In this document: piece after piece, positions 49,563 to 59,205 of the stretch
How positions within the stretch are numbered: the stretch's first letter is position 1
Layout: each line of letters starts with the position of its first letter
Assembly: GCA_024408505.1 (NCBI GenBank)
Contig: JAKSUZ010000002.1
Location: forward strand, 1,337 to 65,336
Length of the DNA: 64,000 nucleotides
Source of the DNA: Bacilli bacterium
GTDB taxonomy: Bacteria > Bacillota_I > Bacilli_A > RFN20 > CAG-826
Direction of reading: 5' to 3'
Notes under the pieces: model-generated
Database searches by the model: none
Told to the model about the DNA's origin: nothing
What the model saw: the letters and a program-made list of their open reading frames with translations, nothing else
Made by a program: the position numbers and the translations under genes

Positions 49563-49904
49563 TTACAATAGTTTAATGCTTTTATAAGCATTGTTTTTGT
49601 CGTTTGGATGCGGTTGAACTGCTATGACAGTTATTTCTTGTCTATTAGGTCCATACATCCAAAAAAGACGTCTAGCAGATGGAGTCTTATTTTCAATATA
49701 TGACTCGAATATCCTTACACCACACTCATGACTTAACACCTCAATTTCATGACTATTTAACCCTGGATGTAGCGGATTGCTACTAAGTAGATATAGTGCT
49801 TTACCAATTTTCTTACGTAACAAAATATCAGCTTTTCCATTTTTCTTGTTTAGGTCTATCCAAAACTTTTCCATTTTTGGAGTCATTAAAATTTTAAAAG
49901 TCAT
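49563..49904 (-). CDS. RelE/ParE-superfamily toxin (probable)
   Basis: 113 aa, 3 nt downstream of an AbrB-type antitoxin gene. The pattern L..NP.HPGL..H....GVRIFESYI....RRLFW.Y.....ITVIAVQPHP is like the RelE/ParE fold. Confidence 0.55.
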   Translation of the reverse strand: MTFKILMTPKMEKFWIDLNKKNGKADILLRKKIGKALYLLSSNPLHPGLNSHEIEVLSHECGVRIFESYIENKTPSARRLFWMYGPNRQEITVIAVQPHPNDKNNAYKSIKLL

Positions 49905-49907
49905 TAA

Positions 49908-50153
49908 TTATTTATATTCTGAAAGATCTATCGGTTTTGAAACTTTACCATCATTGAAGTCTTTTACTGATTGTTTAATCATCTTAAAGGTATTTTCAGA
50001 AATTTCATAAGGATTGATTAAAGCACGTGGCGAAAGAACAATAGTACCATTTTTATGTTCGGTTACAGCATAATAGCGGCAACTAGCACGACGCAAAGTT
50101 AATCTATTTTTTGAATCAACTTTGGCATTATAGCTTCTTAAAACAGCTTCCAT
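49908..50153 (-). CDS. AbrB/MazE/SpoVT-type antitoxin
   Basis: AKVDSKNRLTL is the swapped-hairpin DNA-binding motif. 81 aa. Confidence 0.65.
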   Translation of the reverse strand: MEAVLRSYNAKVDSKNRLTLRRASCRYYAVTEHKNGTIVLSPRALINPYEISENTFKMIKQSVKDFNDGKVSKPIDLSEYK

Positions 50154-50165
50154 AATATCTCCTTT

Positions 50166-50187
50166 GTGGGAAAGTGGGAAATCCCAC
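50166..50187 (-). promoter_or_regulatory. Operator-like repeats upstream of the antitoxin gene
   Basis: Minus strand reads GTGGGA-TT-TCCCAC-TT-TCCCAC, directly before the AAAGGAG RBS. Confidence 0.5.
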
Positions 50188-50226
50188 TGTACCAGTATAT
50201 TAAAATATATTAACTAGAAAAGCAAA

Positions 50227-51156
50227 TTATTTCTTCTTTTTATATAAACGACGCATATCCATGGTCATTAAGCGATTAGTGAATTCACCAGGATTAAGTT
50301 CTTTCGTATTGTTATCATACATCATCATCTTGGCATCTAAGTCATCGATGAAGTTTACTAAGATTGCTTCTTTAGTCGCGCCTAATACGGGTGAACCATA
50401 TTCATATTTACCATGACTAGATAATACGCAGTGCTCAATATGAATAATCTTTTCGTTTTCTTCTAAATGATATTTACTAGCCACATTATTAATCAAATTA
50501 GTGGCAATCACTAAATGACCAAGTAAATGTCCTTCACTAGTATATTCAATTGGTAAGAGCCCACTTAATTCTTTAATCTTGCCTAAATCATGTAAAAATA
50601 CGCTGGCTAAGACGATATCGCTATCAATGTCACTATAATGCTTAATTAAGAAGCTAGCGACGTCTAGCATGCTTACGGTGTGATAAAGTAGTCCACTTGC
50701 GAAGGCATGGTGATTATTACTCGCCGCGGGATAAGTTAAAATCTTTTCTTTATAAGTCTTATATAAATCATCTACAACGGTTTTAATATCTTTATCTTTA
50801 ATATTATTAAGATGCGCTTCTAATTTCTTTTGGAGTGTGTCTTTTGGAATTGGAGAAGTTGGGATGTAATCATCTAACTTAGTCACTTCAACTGAACGAG
50901 CATCTCTAATTCTTAACTCTAATTTATCTTTATACGATGTAACATCAAAAGAGATGTTCACAAATTTACCTGGTTTAAATATTTCTTGATCATCACTAGT
51001 CGCGTCCCATTTCTTCGCACTCATGGTACCACTTTTATCTTGAAGTAAAATGGTTAAAAGCTTTTTGTTATTAACCGTAACACTCATGGTTGCGCTTTTA
51101 ACTAAATATATTTCTTGGTAGGCGTCGCCTTCTTTAAGCGTATTAAGAAAAATCAT
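50227..51156 (-). CDS. yhaM: 3'-5' exoribonuclease YhaM (OB-fold plus HD domain)
   Basis: N-terminal OB-fold and an HD domain (FLHDLGK, GHLxxH). Confidence 0.8.
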   Translation of the reverse strand: MIFLNTLKEGDAYQEIYLVKSATMSVTVNNKKLLTILLQDKSGTMSAKKWDATSDDQEIFKPGKFVNISFDVTSYKDKLELRIRDARSVEVTKLDDYIPTSPIPKDTLQKKLEAHLNNIKDKDIKTVVDDLYKTYKEKILTYPAASNNHHAFASGLLYHTVSMLDVASFLIKHYSDIDSDIVLASVFLHDLGKIKELSGLLPIEYTSEGHLLGHLVIATNLINNVASKYHLEENEKIIHIEHCVLSSHGKYEYGSPVLGATKEAILVNFIDDLDAKMMMYDNNTKELNPGEFTNRLMTMDMRRLYKKKK

Positions 51157-51911
51157 AATTCATCCTCCATCACACCTTTTATTTTACTATAGCTGTAGCC
51201 TTTTCGCCTTAAGGCATTCATAATCTTAGTCTTATCATCATATAATCGTTTAAACTTTGCGTAATCTTTTTTAATCGCGCTTTCATAGTTAACACTAGTT
51301 AGTTTTACTTTAGTTAAAGCCTGATTAATTTCGCTTAACGAATAACCATTACGAAGTAAGTTATTAATAATCTTGTTCTTTTTATCAATAACATCTTTCT
51401 TTGCGTATTGCTGATCTAACTTTTTGACGTAGTCCACTAATGTACCAAATATAATATCTGGATTAATATGGTCTACTACCTTAGCGATATCATTCTCACA
51501 AATCCCTAATTCACGTAATCTTTCTTTAATAAAGTTCTTCCCTTTATGACGACGAATTAAGGTATCAACATAACTAAGCGCAAAACCTAAGTCATCAATT
51601 AGTTGATGCTCTTTTAAATATTGCATAATCATATTAATATTTGTGTCTTTAATTTTCTTCGCGATTAGTTTCTTTTTTAATTTACTTGATGTATATGCAT
51701 ATTTAGAAATTAAATTAAGCGCATAATTTAAATCTTTTGTGTAAGCATCAAAAGCGATGATTTTATCAATATCGGATTTACTTAATAATTTATTAAGATA
51801 TAAATTAAACTCCGTAAATGTATTAGGATTAATTTCTAATTTCTCATCATTAAAATAAAGAACAATCTTCTTTTTTAAAATGTGAATATCGGTAATTCTT
51901 TTCTGGTTCAT
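51153..51911 (-). CDS. recX: Recombination regulator RecX
   Basis: Repeated three-helix RecX modules (YALNLIS...SKLKKKL, GKNFIKERLRELGI, LRNGYSLSEI, LRRKGYSYSKI). Confidence 0.7.
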   Translation of the reverse strand: MNQKRITDIHILKKKIVLYFNDEKLEINPNTFTEFNLYLNKLLSKSDIDKIIAFDAYTKDLNYALNLISKYAYTSSKLKKKLIAKKIKDTNINMIMQYLKEHQLIDDLGFALSYVDTLIRRHKGKNFIKERLRELGICENDIAKVVDHINPDIIFGTLVDYVKKLDQQYAKKDVIDKKNKIINNLLRNGYSLSEINQALTKVKLTSVNYESAIKKDYAKFKRLYDDKTKIMNALRRKGYSYSKIKGVMEDEL

Positions 51912-51913
51912 AA

Positions 51914-53365
51914 TTATTTAATATTAAAATCCCGCCAACCATCATCACGACGATAACGATCTTTCTTTTTAGTTGAACGCGGTAAGATGTCTTCATCAAC
52001 TACAAAAGGTGAATTATCATCTAAATCCGTATCATCTAATTTATATTGGACTTTCTCTAATTCTTTTTCTTTAGTAATCTTCTCTTTAATATTTAAAGCG
52101 TCTTTTAGACGATTTTGTAATTCTTTGCGAGACATTTGAGTGGTTTCGTATAAAGTATCGCTACTTCTTTTTCTTTCTTCATAAGTCTCTAATTGCATAG
52201 TTACAAATGTTCTTCGATCAACATTAAGTGTTTCTTCTTTAGGCGATGCTTTATATAAAACCGTTACAATACCCGCTAATAAAACCGTAATATAATAAGT
52301 AGCAGAACGCCAAATAAGTAAGGCGCTTGTCATATATATTCCAGCTGAACCTCCAATATAGAAGGTTTCAAATAAAGATGAGAAGAATAATTCACTAACA
52401 CCAGCGCCACCTGGGATCGGGAATAAGCCAGTAATCATTTGATGATAGCTAGACATAAAGCAAGCATCGAAGAATGCTCTAACCGTCATACCACCTGTCG
52501 TAGTGCTATCAAAAGCATTAAGCGCCATACCCGCAAACCATGGAATAGAAAATTTACAAATTAGACCAATGAATAGTAACACTAAAATTAAAATGGTTAC
52601 TCTTACGTTACTAAGTAAACGTCTAAGTTCAATCTTGAAGTTCTCAACTTGAATTCTTAGTGATTCTCTAGTTTGATCAGGATTTTTTAAGATGTGAAGT
52701 TTAGCGAGTAATCCAACACCATAATGCATGATGAAGTTATGCATCTTGTGAGAATAGCTCATTAATAGAAGTACACCAATGATTGAAATGTTTAAAACAA
52801 AACCAATAATGGTTAAAGGCGCTAAAGGAAGGGTAAATGACCAAGTACCAATATGACCAGTGATTGACATACTAGTCATTAAATCAGCTTTAAAAATAAC
52901 CGTAACAATATCAAAAATAATTAAAGCGGTGTGATAAAGAATAAAGTACATCACTAGTAAACTAGCAGCATTCGAAATCTGAGTACCTTGCTTCTTTAAG
53001 GTATAAGCCTGCATCACTTGGCCGCCCTTCGCTCCCGGAGTAATTCCGCTATAGAAGGTGCCAATCATACTAACCGCGATGCCTTGGTTAATATGATATC
53101 TACGCGTATATAGGCGCATAAATACGGTAATAACTAGCCCATCAATTAAAAACGAAAAGAGCATGACTCCAACAATTGCGCCTAACCAACGACCATCACA
53201 ATTTGCGAATGCTTTAGCGATATCTTGCGAGTGACCTTTAAGAGTTAAAAATAGTGATAAACTAGTTGCAATTAAAACAAGCCCGATATAAACGGCGTAA
53301 CGACGAATCCCACTCTTTTTCTTATTAGCAGGCGCACTTTTTTTAACTTCGGCTTTGTCCATCAT
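51914..53365 (-). CDS. Flippase-like / lysylphosphatidylglycerol-synthase TM-domain (UPF0104-like) membrane protein
   Basis: About eight TM helices after a basic N-terminus, with a long charged C-terminal tail. The family call rests on topology and pattern only. Confidence 0.45.
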   Translation of the reverse strand: MMDKAEVKKSAPANKKKSGIRRYAVYIGLVLIATSLSLFLTLKGHSQDIAKAFANCDGRWLGAIVGVMLFSFLIDGLVITVFMRLYTRRYHINQGIAVSMIGTFYSGITPGAKGGQVMQAYTLKKQGTQISNAASLLVMYFILYHTALIIFDIVTVIFKADLMTSMSITGHIGTWSFTLPLAPLTIIGFVLNISIIGVLLLMSYSHKMHNFIMHYGVGLLAKLHILKNPDQTRESLRIQVENFKIELRRLLSNVRVTILILVLLFIGLICKFSIPWFAGMALNAFDSTTTGGMTVRAFFDACFMSSYHQMITGLFPIPGGAGVSELFFSSLFETFYIGGSAGIYMTSALLIWRSATYYITVLLAGIVTVLYKASPKEETLNVDRRTFVTMQLETYEERKRSSDTLYETTQMSRKELQNRLKDALNIKEKITKEKELEKVQYKLDDTDLDDNSPFVVDEDILPRSTKKKDRYRRDDGWRDFNIK

Positions 53366-53406
53366 TAAAAGTGTAGCACACCTAATTTCACTTTTGGGAC
53401 ACCACT

Positions 53407-54261
53407 TTATTTACTTACAGTAATTTTTACAATTTCAGGGTTACAATTGACCCTTAGAGGCATCATCGCCGAATATCCAAGGCCGCGAGACACTACTAAA
53501 TCAGTGTTATTTCGATGGTATGTTCCACCCATATAATCGCTTTCTTCTAATGCAACAGTAGAAGGTATCCAATTACCAATCTTAAATTGACCACCATGCG
53601 TGTGACCACTAATCACTAAATCAAAATTATAATTATCCGCAATCATTTTAAAGTTATCTGGGCGATGATCAAGTAAGATATTAAAATCGTCTTTATTAAA
53701 TGTTTTAGTCATCTCATCTAAAGATGCTTTAGTGGCTTCTTCTCTTTTTTTAAATGAAGCACCGCCACCGACTTTAAAACGAGCGTCTTCTAATCCATAT
53801 ATATGGAAGTGTTCATTAATATCAATATGGTCATCTTTAATATAAGTGACATTCTTTTCGTGCATTAATTGTTGTAGGGCTTCCCATTCTGGTGCGTACT
53901 GTTCATGGTTACCAGTAACAAAATAAGAACTCCCACTAATGCTATTACCGGCATCAAAGATTTCTTTAATATCATCAACCGATTTAGAATGGGTATCAAC
54001 TAAATCACCAGTATAGAAAATATAATCAACACGTTCTTGTTTTTTTAAAATATCAATCATATTTCCATTACTAAAATTAAGTGAACGGTGATGGTAATCA
54101 CTAATCACTAGACACGAGAATGAATCAACCTTATTAGACTTTAGTTCATAACTAACAATATCAAGCTGATCGCTACTAACACCGCATATAATTAAACCAA
54201 TAATGCAAAAGGAAAACATCACATAAGCAATGATTCTTAAAACTCGTTTAAAGATATCCAT
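53407..54261 (-). CDS. Membrane-anchored metallophosphoesterase (YkuE-like)
   Basis: N-terminal TM helix. SDYHH, TGDLVD, GNHE and GHTHGGQ motifs. Confidence 0.8.
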   Translation of the reverse strand: MDIFKRVLRIIAYVMFSFCIIGLIICGVSSDQLDIVSYELKSNKVDSFSCLVISDYHHRSLNFSNGNMIDILKKQERVDYIFYTGDLVDTHSKSVDDIKEIFDAGNSISGSSYFVTGNHEQYAPEWEALQQLMHEKNVTYIKDDHIDINEHFHIYGLEDARFKVGGGASFKKREEATKASLDEMTKTFNKDDFNILLDHRPDNFKMIADNYNFDLVISGHTHGGQFKIGNWIPSTVALEESDYMGGTYHRNNTDLVVSRGLGYSAMMPLRVNCNPEIVKITVSK

Positions 54262-54283
54262 CTTAAAAATATTATAGTCTCAA

Positions 54284-56095
54284 TTAATTACGTTTATTCG
54301 CAAATTGTGAATTATAAAGATCAGCGTATAAACCTTTCTTCTTTAATAATTGATTGTGGTTACCGCATTCAAGGACATCCCCGTCTTTCATAACGATAAT
54401 CATATCCGCGTTCTTAATGGTAGATAATCTATGCGCAATTACGAATGAAGTTCTACCTTTCATTAATTTATCCATCGCGTCTTGAATTAATAATTCAGTA
54501 CGAGTATCCACGCTACTAGTCGCTTCGTCTAAGATTAACATTGGAGCGTTCTGGACCATTGCTCTAGCAATCGTGAGTAATTGTTTTTGACCACTAGATA
54601 GACCGCTATCTTCTTTAAGTAACTTATCATAGCCACCTGCTTGTTTAATAAATTCATCGCAGTGCGTAGCTTTACAGGCTTCATATACTTCTTCATCGGT
54701 AGCGTCTCTACGAGAGAATTTAAGGTTTTCCATGAAAGTACCTTCAAATAACCAAGTATCTTGTAACACCATTCCGAATAGACTACGAACGTAGCTTCTA
54801 TTCATCTTAGTGGTATCAACACCCTCGATAGTAATTTTGCCACCATTAACTTCATAGAATCTCATTAAGAGGTTAACCATGGTAGTCTTACCTGCTCCGG
54901 TTGGACCAACAATGGCGATTTTTTGACCTTTCTTGGCTACTTGTGAGAAGTCATGAATAATGACTCGATCTTTAGTATAACCAAATCTAACATGATCAAA
55001 GGCCACGTTGCCTTCAACCTTTTGAATAGTAGTAGTCTTACTAGATTCATCTGGTTCATTAGTCTCTTCTAACATAGAGAAGACACGAGATGCCGCGGCT
55101 AAAGCTTGTTGGAAGGTCGCTAGTAATTGAGCAATGTTACTCATCGGCGCAATTAATTGTTCGCCATAAGAAACCGCTGCCACGACCATGGTAATAACTT
55201 GATGGGCTTCATCAGAGGTGCCACCATGTTCAGAGACTACAAGACTTGCGATATAACCACCGACTAAACATATAACGGCGAAGATTAAGTTACCAAAGAA
55301 GGTTGTAATTGGGATCATTAATCCTGCATAAGTTTCAGCTTTGAAATTGGTTTTCTCTAACTTGAAGTTAGTATCAGAGAATTTATCTTTAAAGCGTTTA
55401 CTTGCTCCGAAGGATTTAATAATTGCATGAGCGGTGTAACTTTCTTCCGCCAAGGAAGAGGTTTCGCTTGTTAAAGCTTGACGAGCCTCGAAGCTCTTTT
55501 GAGAACGTTTACCAACAATACCTAAGATTACTAGGATAATTGGTAGCATTACGATAATAATTAAGCCTAGCATCCAAGAGAAGGTGAAGAGAATAATAAT
55601 TGAACCAAATAAAGTAATCGTCGCAGCGATTAAGCTTGATAAGGTTAAGTTAAGCGTTTGACCAATGGTATCAACATCATTCGTGACATAACTTAAGACA
55701 TCACCAATATTACGAGTATCAAAATAATTAAGTGGAAGATGGTTAATCTTCTCAGCCATGCGTTTTCTTAATTCTTTACTAGTTTCAGTTGTGACACCAG
55801 TAATGATATAGATTTGAGTGTAATCAAATAAGAAACCACCACCAAAGAAGGCAAAGGCAATACCTGCATACATGTAAATACCAGGGAAGTCCCAGTTTTT
55901 CGTTGATTGACCAGCGACGATTCTTTGTGAGATTTGTTGAATCATTAATGGCGCACCTAATCTAAGGATTGCACCGATTGCGCCTAAGAATAAGGCGAAA
56001 ATAATTAATTTCTTATGAGGGGCTAAGCATTTAAGTAATTTCTTAAAGGAGCTTGGCTTTCTCGCTTCGTAGCGATTTTTAATAATGTTTTCCAT
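54284..56095 (-). CDS. ABC exporter, fused permease/ATPase (second pair, subunit B)
   Basis: Walker A GPTGAGKTT, signature LSSGQKQL, Walker B ILDEATS. Confidence 0.9.
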   Translation of the reverse strand: MENIIKNRYEARKPSSFKKLLKCLAPHKKLIIFALFLGAIGAILRLGAPLMIQQISQRIVAGQSTKNWDFPGIYMYAGIAFAFFGGGFLFDYTQIYIITGVTTETSKELRKRMAEKINHLPLNYFDTRNIGDVLSYVTNDVDTIGQTLNLTLSSLIAATITLFGSIIILFTFSWMLGLIIIVMLPIILVILGIVGKRSQKSFEARQALTSETSSLAEESYTAHAIIKSFGASKRFKDKFSDTNFKLEKTNFKAETYAGLMIPITTFFGNLIFAVICLVGGYIASLVVSEHGGTSDEAHQVITMVVAAVSYGEQLIAPMSNIAQLLATFQQALAAASRVFSMLEETNEPDESSKTTTIQKVEGNVAFDHVRFGYTKDRVIIHDFSQVAKKGQKIAIVGPTGAGKTTMVNLLMRFYEVNGGKITIEGVDTTKMNRSYVRSLFGMVLQDTWLFEGTFMENLKFSRRDATDEEVYEACKATHCDEFIKQAGGYDKLLKEDSGLSSGQKQLLTIARAMVQNAPMLILDEATSSVDTRTELLIQDAMDKLMKGRTSFVIAHRLSTIKNADMIIVMKDGDVLECGNHNQLLKKKGLYADLYNSQFANKRN

Positions 56096-57840
56096 TATGC
56101 TAACTCCTCCTTACTTAATTGGCTTAAGGCAATTTCTTTATAAACCTTACAGTTCTTAAGAAGTTCCTTATGCGTACCTTTGCCGACCATGTTGCCATTA
56201 TCTAGAACGATGATTTGATCAGCGTCCATAATGGTACCAACACGTTGAGCGACGATAATATTAGTGACTCCTTTACATCTTTTCTTAATCTCGCCTCTAA
56301 GAACTTTATCAGTCTTATAGTCAAGAGCAGAGAAGGAATCATCAAAGATAAATATTTCTGGTTTAGTGATAATTGCACGAGCGATACTTAAGCGTTGTCT
56401 TTGACCACCGCTTACGTTCTTACCACCTTGAGATATTTCATAGTTAATGCCATTAGTGAGTTTACTAACAAATTCATTTGATTGAGAAATATCTAATGCT
56501 TCTTTTAATTCTTCATCGGTTGCATTAGGAACGCCTAAGCAAACGTTATTTCTAAGCGTATCGTGGAAGAGGTATGGTTTTTGTGGGACGTAGCCAAACT
56601 TCTTATATAAATCATCTAATTTATATTTCTTAACATCTAGACCATCCACTAAAACTTGACCAACACTCGTGTCATAAAATCTTTGAATTAAATTTAAGAG
56701 TGTGGTTTTACCACTACCAGTTGCGCCGATAAAAGCTAAGGTTTCGCCTTTATTAACTTTAAAGCTTACTTTCTTTAAACTAGGTGCGCCTCCACCAGGA
56801 TAAGTGAAGCTAACATCTTTAAATTCAACCGTACCAACTTCGTTATATCTTTCGGTTTCTTTGTTATCTTTAATTTGAATCTCGGTTTCAATAACTTCAT
56901 TAATACGCTTCGCGCATATAGTTGAACGAGGAATCATAACTAAGATAATAACCATTAACACAAAGCCGGTTAGTAATAGACCTGCGAATTGAATAATAAC
57001 GGTCATCTTTGGATATTCTAGTTGCCCATCCTTAATTAAATGTGAACTAACTAGAGTAATCGCAATCATCATAAGACCAATGGTTAATTGAATACCTGGC
57101 ATTAAGAAACCTAATGCTCTATTTGCGAATTTATCGTCTTTAGTTAATGATTCATTAACATTAGTGAACTTCTCTTCTTGGTAAGATTCTGCGTTATAGG
57201 CTCTAACAACTCTAAGACCTTCAAGATTCTCTTTAGTGATTAAGTTAACCTTATCAATTCGTTTTTGCATGCTAGAGAAGCGGGGAAGCGCCAATCTAAC
57301 TACGGCAAAGATAATTAAGGCTAATAATAAGACTGCTCCTGCAATTACTAAGAATAATTGATAACGACAAGTATCAGGATCGGTTAATAAGAAGACAAAT
57401 GCTCCAACCGCAAGTAATGGTCCATAAAGCATAAAGCGGAATAATAAGACATAAGTGTTACTTACGTTTGTAATATCATTCGTGGTTCTAGTAATTAAGC
57501 TAGATACACTATACTTATTCATTTCGTTTTCACTAAACTGACCAATCTTGGTATATAGTTCATAGCGAACTCTTGCCATCATCTTCGCGGTTACTTTACT
57601 CGCTAAGGTACAAGTCGCTACTCCCATAACTCCACTAGCTAATGCTACTAATATCATTTGGATTGCGGTTAGCACCACTTCTTGCATGTTAACTCCAGAT
57701 GAACCATCTTGAATCATCTTAATGATTTCTCCCATTAAACTTGGGAGTAAAAAGTCGAAAACGACTTGGGCACAAGTTAATACGATGATTAAAATAACTA
57801 ACCACCAATAACTCTTTAGCCTTTTTAAAAATTTAAACAT
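56095..57840 (-). CDS. ABC exporter, fused permease/ATPase (second pair, subunit A)
   Basis: Walker A GATGSGKTT, signature VSGGQRQRL, Walker B IFDDSFSALD. Confidence 0.9.
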   Translation of the reverse strand: MFKFLKRLKSYWWLVILIIVLTCAQVVFDFLLPSLMGEIIKMIQDGSSGVNMQEVVLTAIQMILVALASGVMGVATCTLASKVTAKMMARVRYELYTKIGQFSENEMNKYSVSSLITRTTNDITNVSNTYVLLFRFMLYGPLLAVGAFVFLLTDPDTCRYQLFLVIAGAVLLLALIIFAVVRLALPRFSSMQKRIDKVNLITKENLEGLRVVRAYNAESYQEEKFTNVNESLTKDDKFANRALGFLMPGIQLTIGLMMIAITLVSSHLIKDGQLEYPKMTVIIQFAGLLLTGFVLMVIILVMIPRSTICAKRINEVIETEIQIKDNKETERYNEVGTVEFKDVSFTYPGGGAPSLKKVSFKVNKGETLAFIGATGSGKTTLLNLIQRFYDTSVGQVLVDGLDVKKYKLDDLYKKFGYVPQKPYLFHDTLRNNVCLGVPNATDEELKEALDISQSNEFVSKLTNGINYEISQGGKNVSGGQRQRLSIARAIITKPEIFIFDDSFSALDYKTDKVLRGEIKKRCKGVTNIIVAQRVGTIMDADQIIVLDNGNMVGKGTHKELLKNCKVYKEIALSQLSKEELA

Positions 57841-57900
57841 AACATAAATAGAGTAAAGAAAAGAGAGTAATAAGTCAATGTAATAATGAATTATTACAAT

Positions 57901-59205
57901 TTAATAGTTATCTTTTTTAATCATATAGATGTAAGTGGCGATTGTAGCTAGAAAATCAAGTAACATTCCACCGCCAAACATTAAGGCAATTCCATCAAGA
58001 GTCGGAATAAAGATTCCTGCTTTCCATAAAGAAAACATAATTACATAATAAGTTCCGTTAGTGACAATAGTTTGAATTAGCATTAAATAAGTCTTACCAC
58101 GCCCATAAATAATTCCATCTAATAAATAGTTATAGATAAACGCAATATAGAAACCGGTTTGAATTAAAACAATGTGGAAAATTGTTTCATAAGCATCAGA
58201 ATTTAAAACATATTGAATAAATGGTTTCCATGCAGGAATTGTAATTAGCCAAAGGATTGTAAAGAGCGTTGATATAACTATATAACCAAGAAATTTATCT
58301 TTTACATTTTTTCTGTTCTCAGCAGTTTCTTTTTTAATTACATCATAAAGCGCGGTGGCTGGTAATAATAACCAAGTCCAAATAAAATTGTTTGCCACCC
58401 AGTATGCGCCTTGTTCACTAATTGTGTTTACTAGACGAAGTACCATTAACATATAAGCAAGATTGCGGATAAATGATTCTAAACCTGATAATAAACCTAT
58501 CTTCCCGTATTCTTTTAGCCATTTAAAATCTAATTTATCTTTAGTAAAAACATTAATGCCTTCTTTCTTAAGCATAATGAAAGATGAAACCACCGAAATT
58601 ATTGACACAGCAATATTTGAAACCGCAATCCCATCCACTCCCATATTCGCTGAGCAAGGAAGCTTAGAAATTAAGAATGTATCTAACAATATAGATAAAA
58701 CTGTTTGAACCACTAATAAGATGTACATATACTTATCCTTATTAATAGTTACCAGTAAAACCGTAATAAATTTAGAAAGAATAGAAATAGTGGATGCAAC
58801 TGTTTCTAAACGTATATAATTAACAGTCTCAGTTAAAGTGCTTGGATCGCTTGCCATAAATTTACATAACGGCTCAGCGCAACTAATGATGATAATTGAT
58901 AATAGTAAATAAGCACCGCCACTTATTAATAATCCTGTTCTAGTTTTATTTGCTAATTCTTTTTTATTGTTAAACGATTTGCCTAACAAATAGAAAAGAG
59001 GCAAGATAAACGCTTCTTCAATTACTTCGTAAATGATGTTAACCCATGCGAGTTGAGAAGCAATGTCAACTCCGCTGCTACTTGGCAAATCACCTAAAAA
59101 GAATATTCTTAAAGTTTTATATAAAGCAGGTATTAATAGGGTTGTGGCTAGAACTAACCACAACCTCCAATTAAAGGTCTTAATGGAATTAATTATTTTC
59201 TTCAT
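57901..59205 (-). CDS. MATE/MOP-superfamily 12-TM membrane protein
   Basis: About 12 TM helices in two halves with MATE-like loops (GVDGIAVSN). Its ATG overlaps the stop of the upstream AAA protease gene (ATGA). Confidence 0.6.
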   Translation of the reverse strand: MKKIINSIKTFNWRLWLVLATTLLIPALYKTLRIFFLGDLPSSSGVDIASQLAWVNIIYEVIEEAFILPLFYLLGKSFNNKKELANKTRTGLLISGGAYLLLSIIIISCAEPLCKFMASDPSTLTETVNYIRLETVASTISILSKFITVLLVTINKDKYMYILLVVQTVLSILLDTFLISKLPCSANMGVDGIAVSNIAVSIISVVSSFIMLKKEGINVFTKDKLDFKWLKEYGKIGLLSGLESFIRNLAYMLMVLRLVNTISEQGAYWVANNFIWTWLLLPATALYDVIKKETAENRKNVKDKFLGYIVISTLFTILWLITIPAWKPFIQYVLNSDAYETIFHIVLIQTGFYIAFIYNYLLDGIIYGRGKTYLMLIQTIVTNGTYYVIMFSLWKAGIFIPTLDGIALMFGGGMLLDFLATIATYIYMIKKDNY

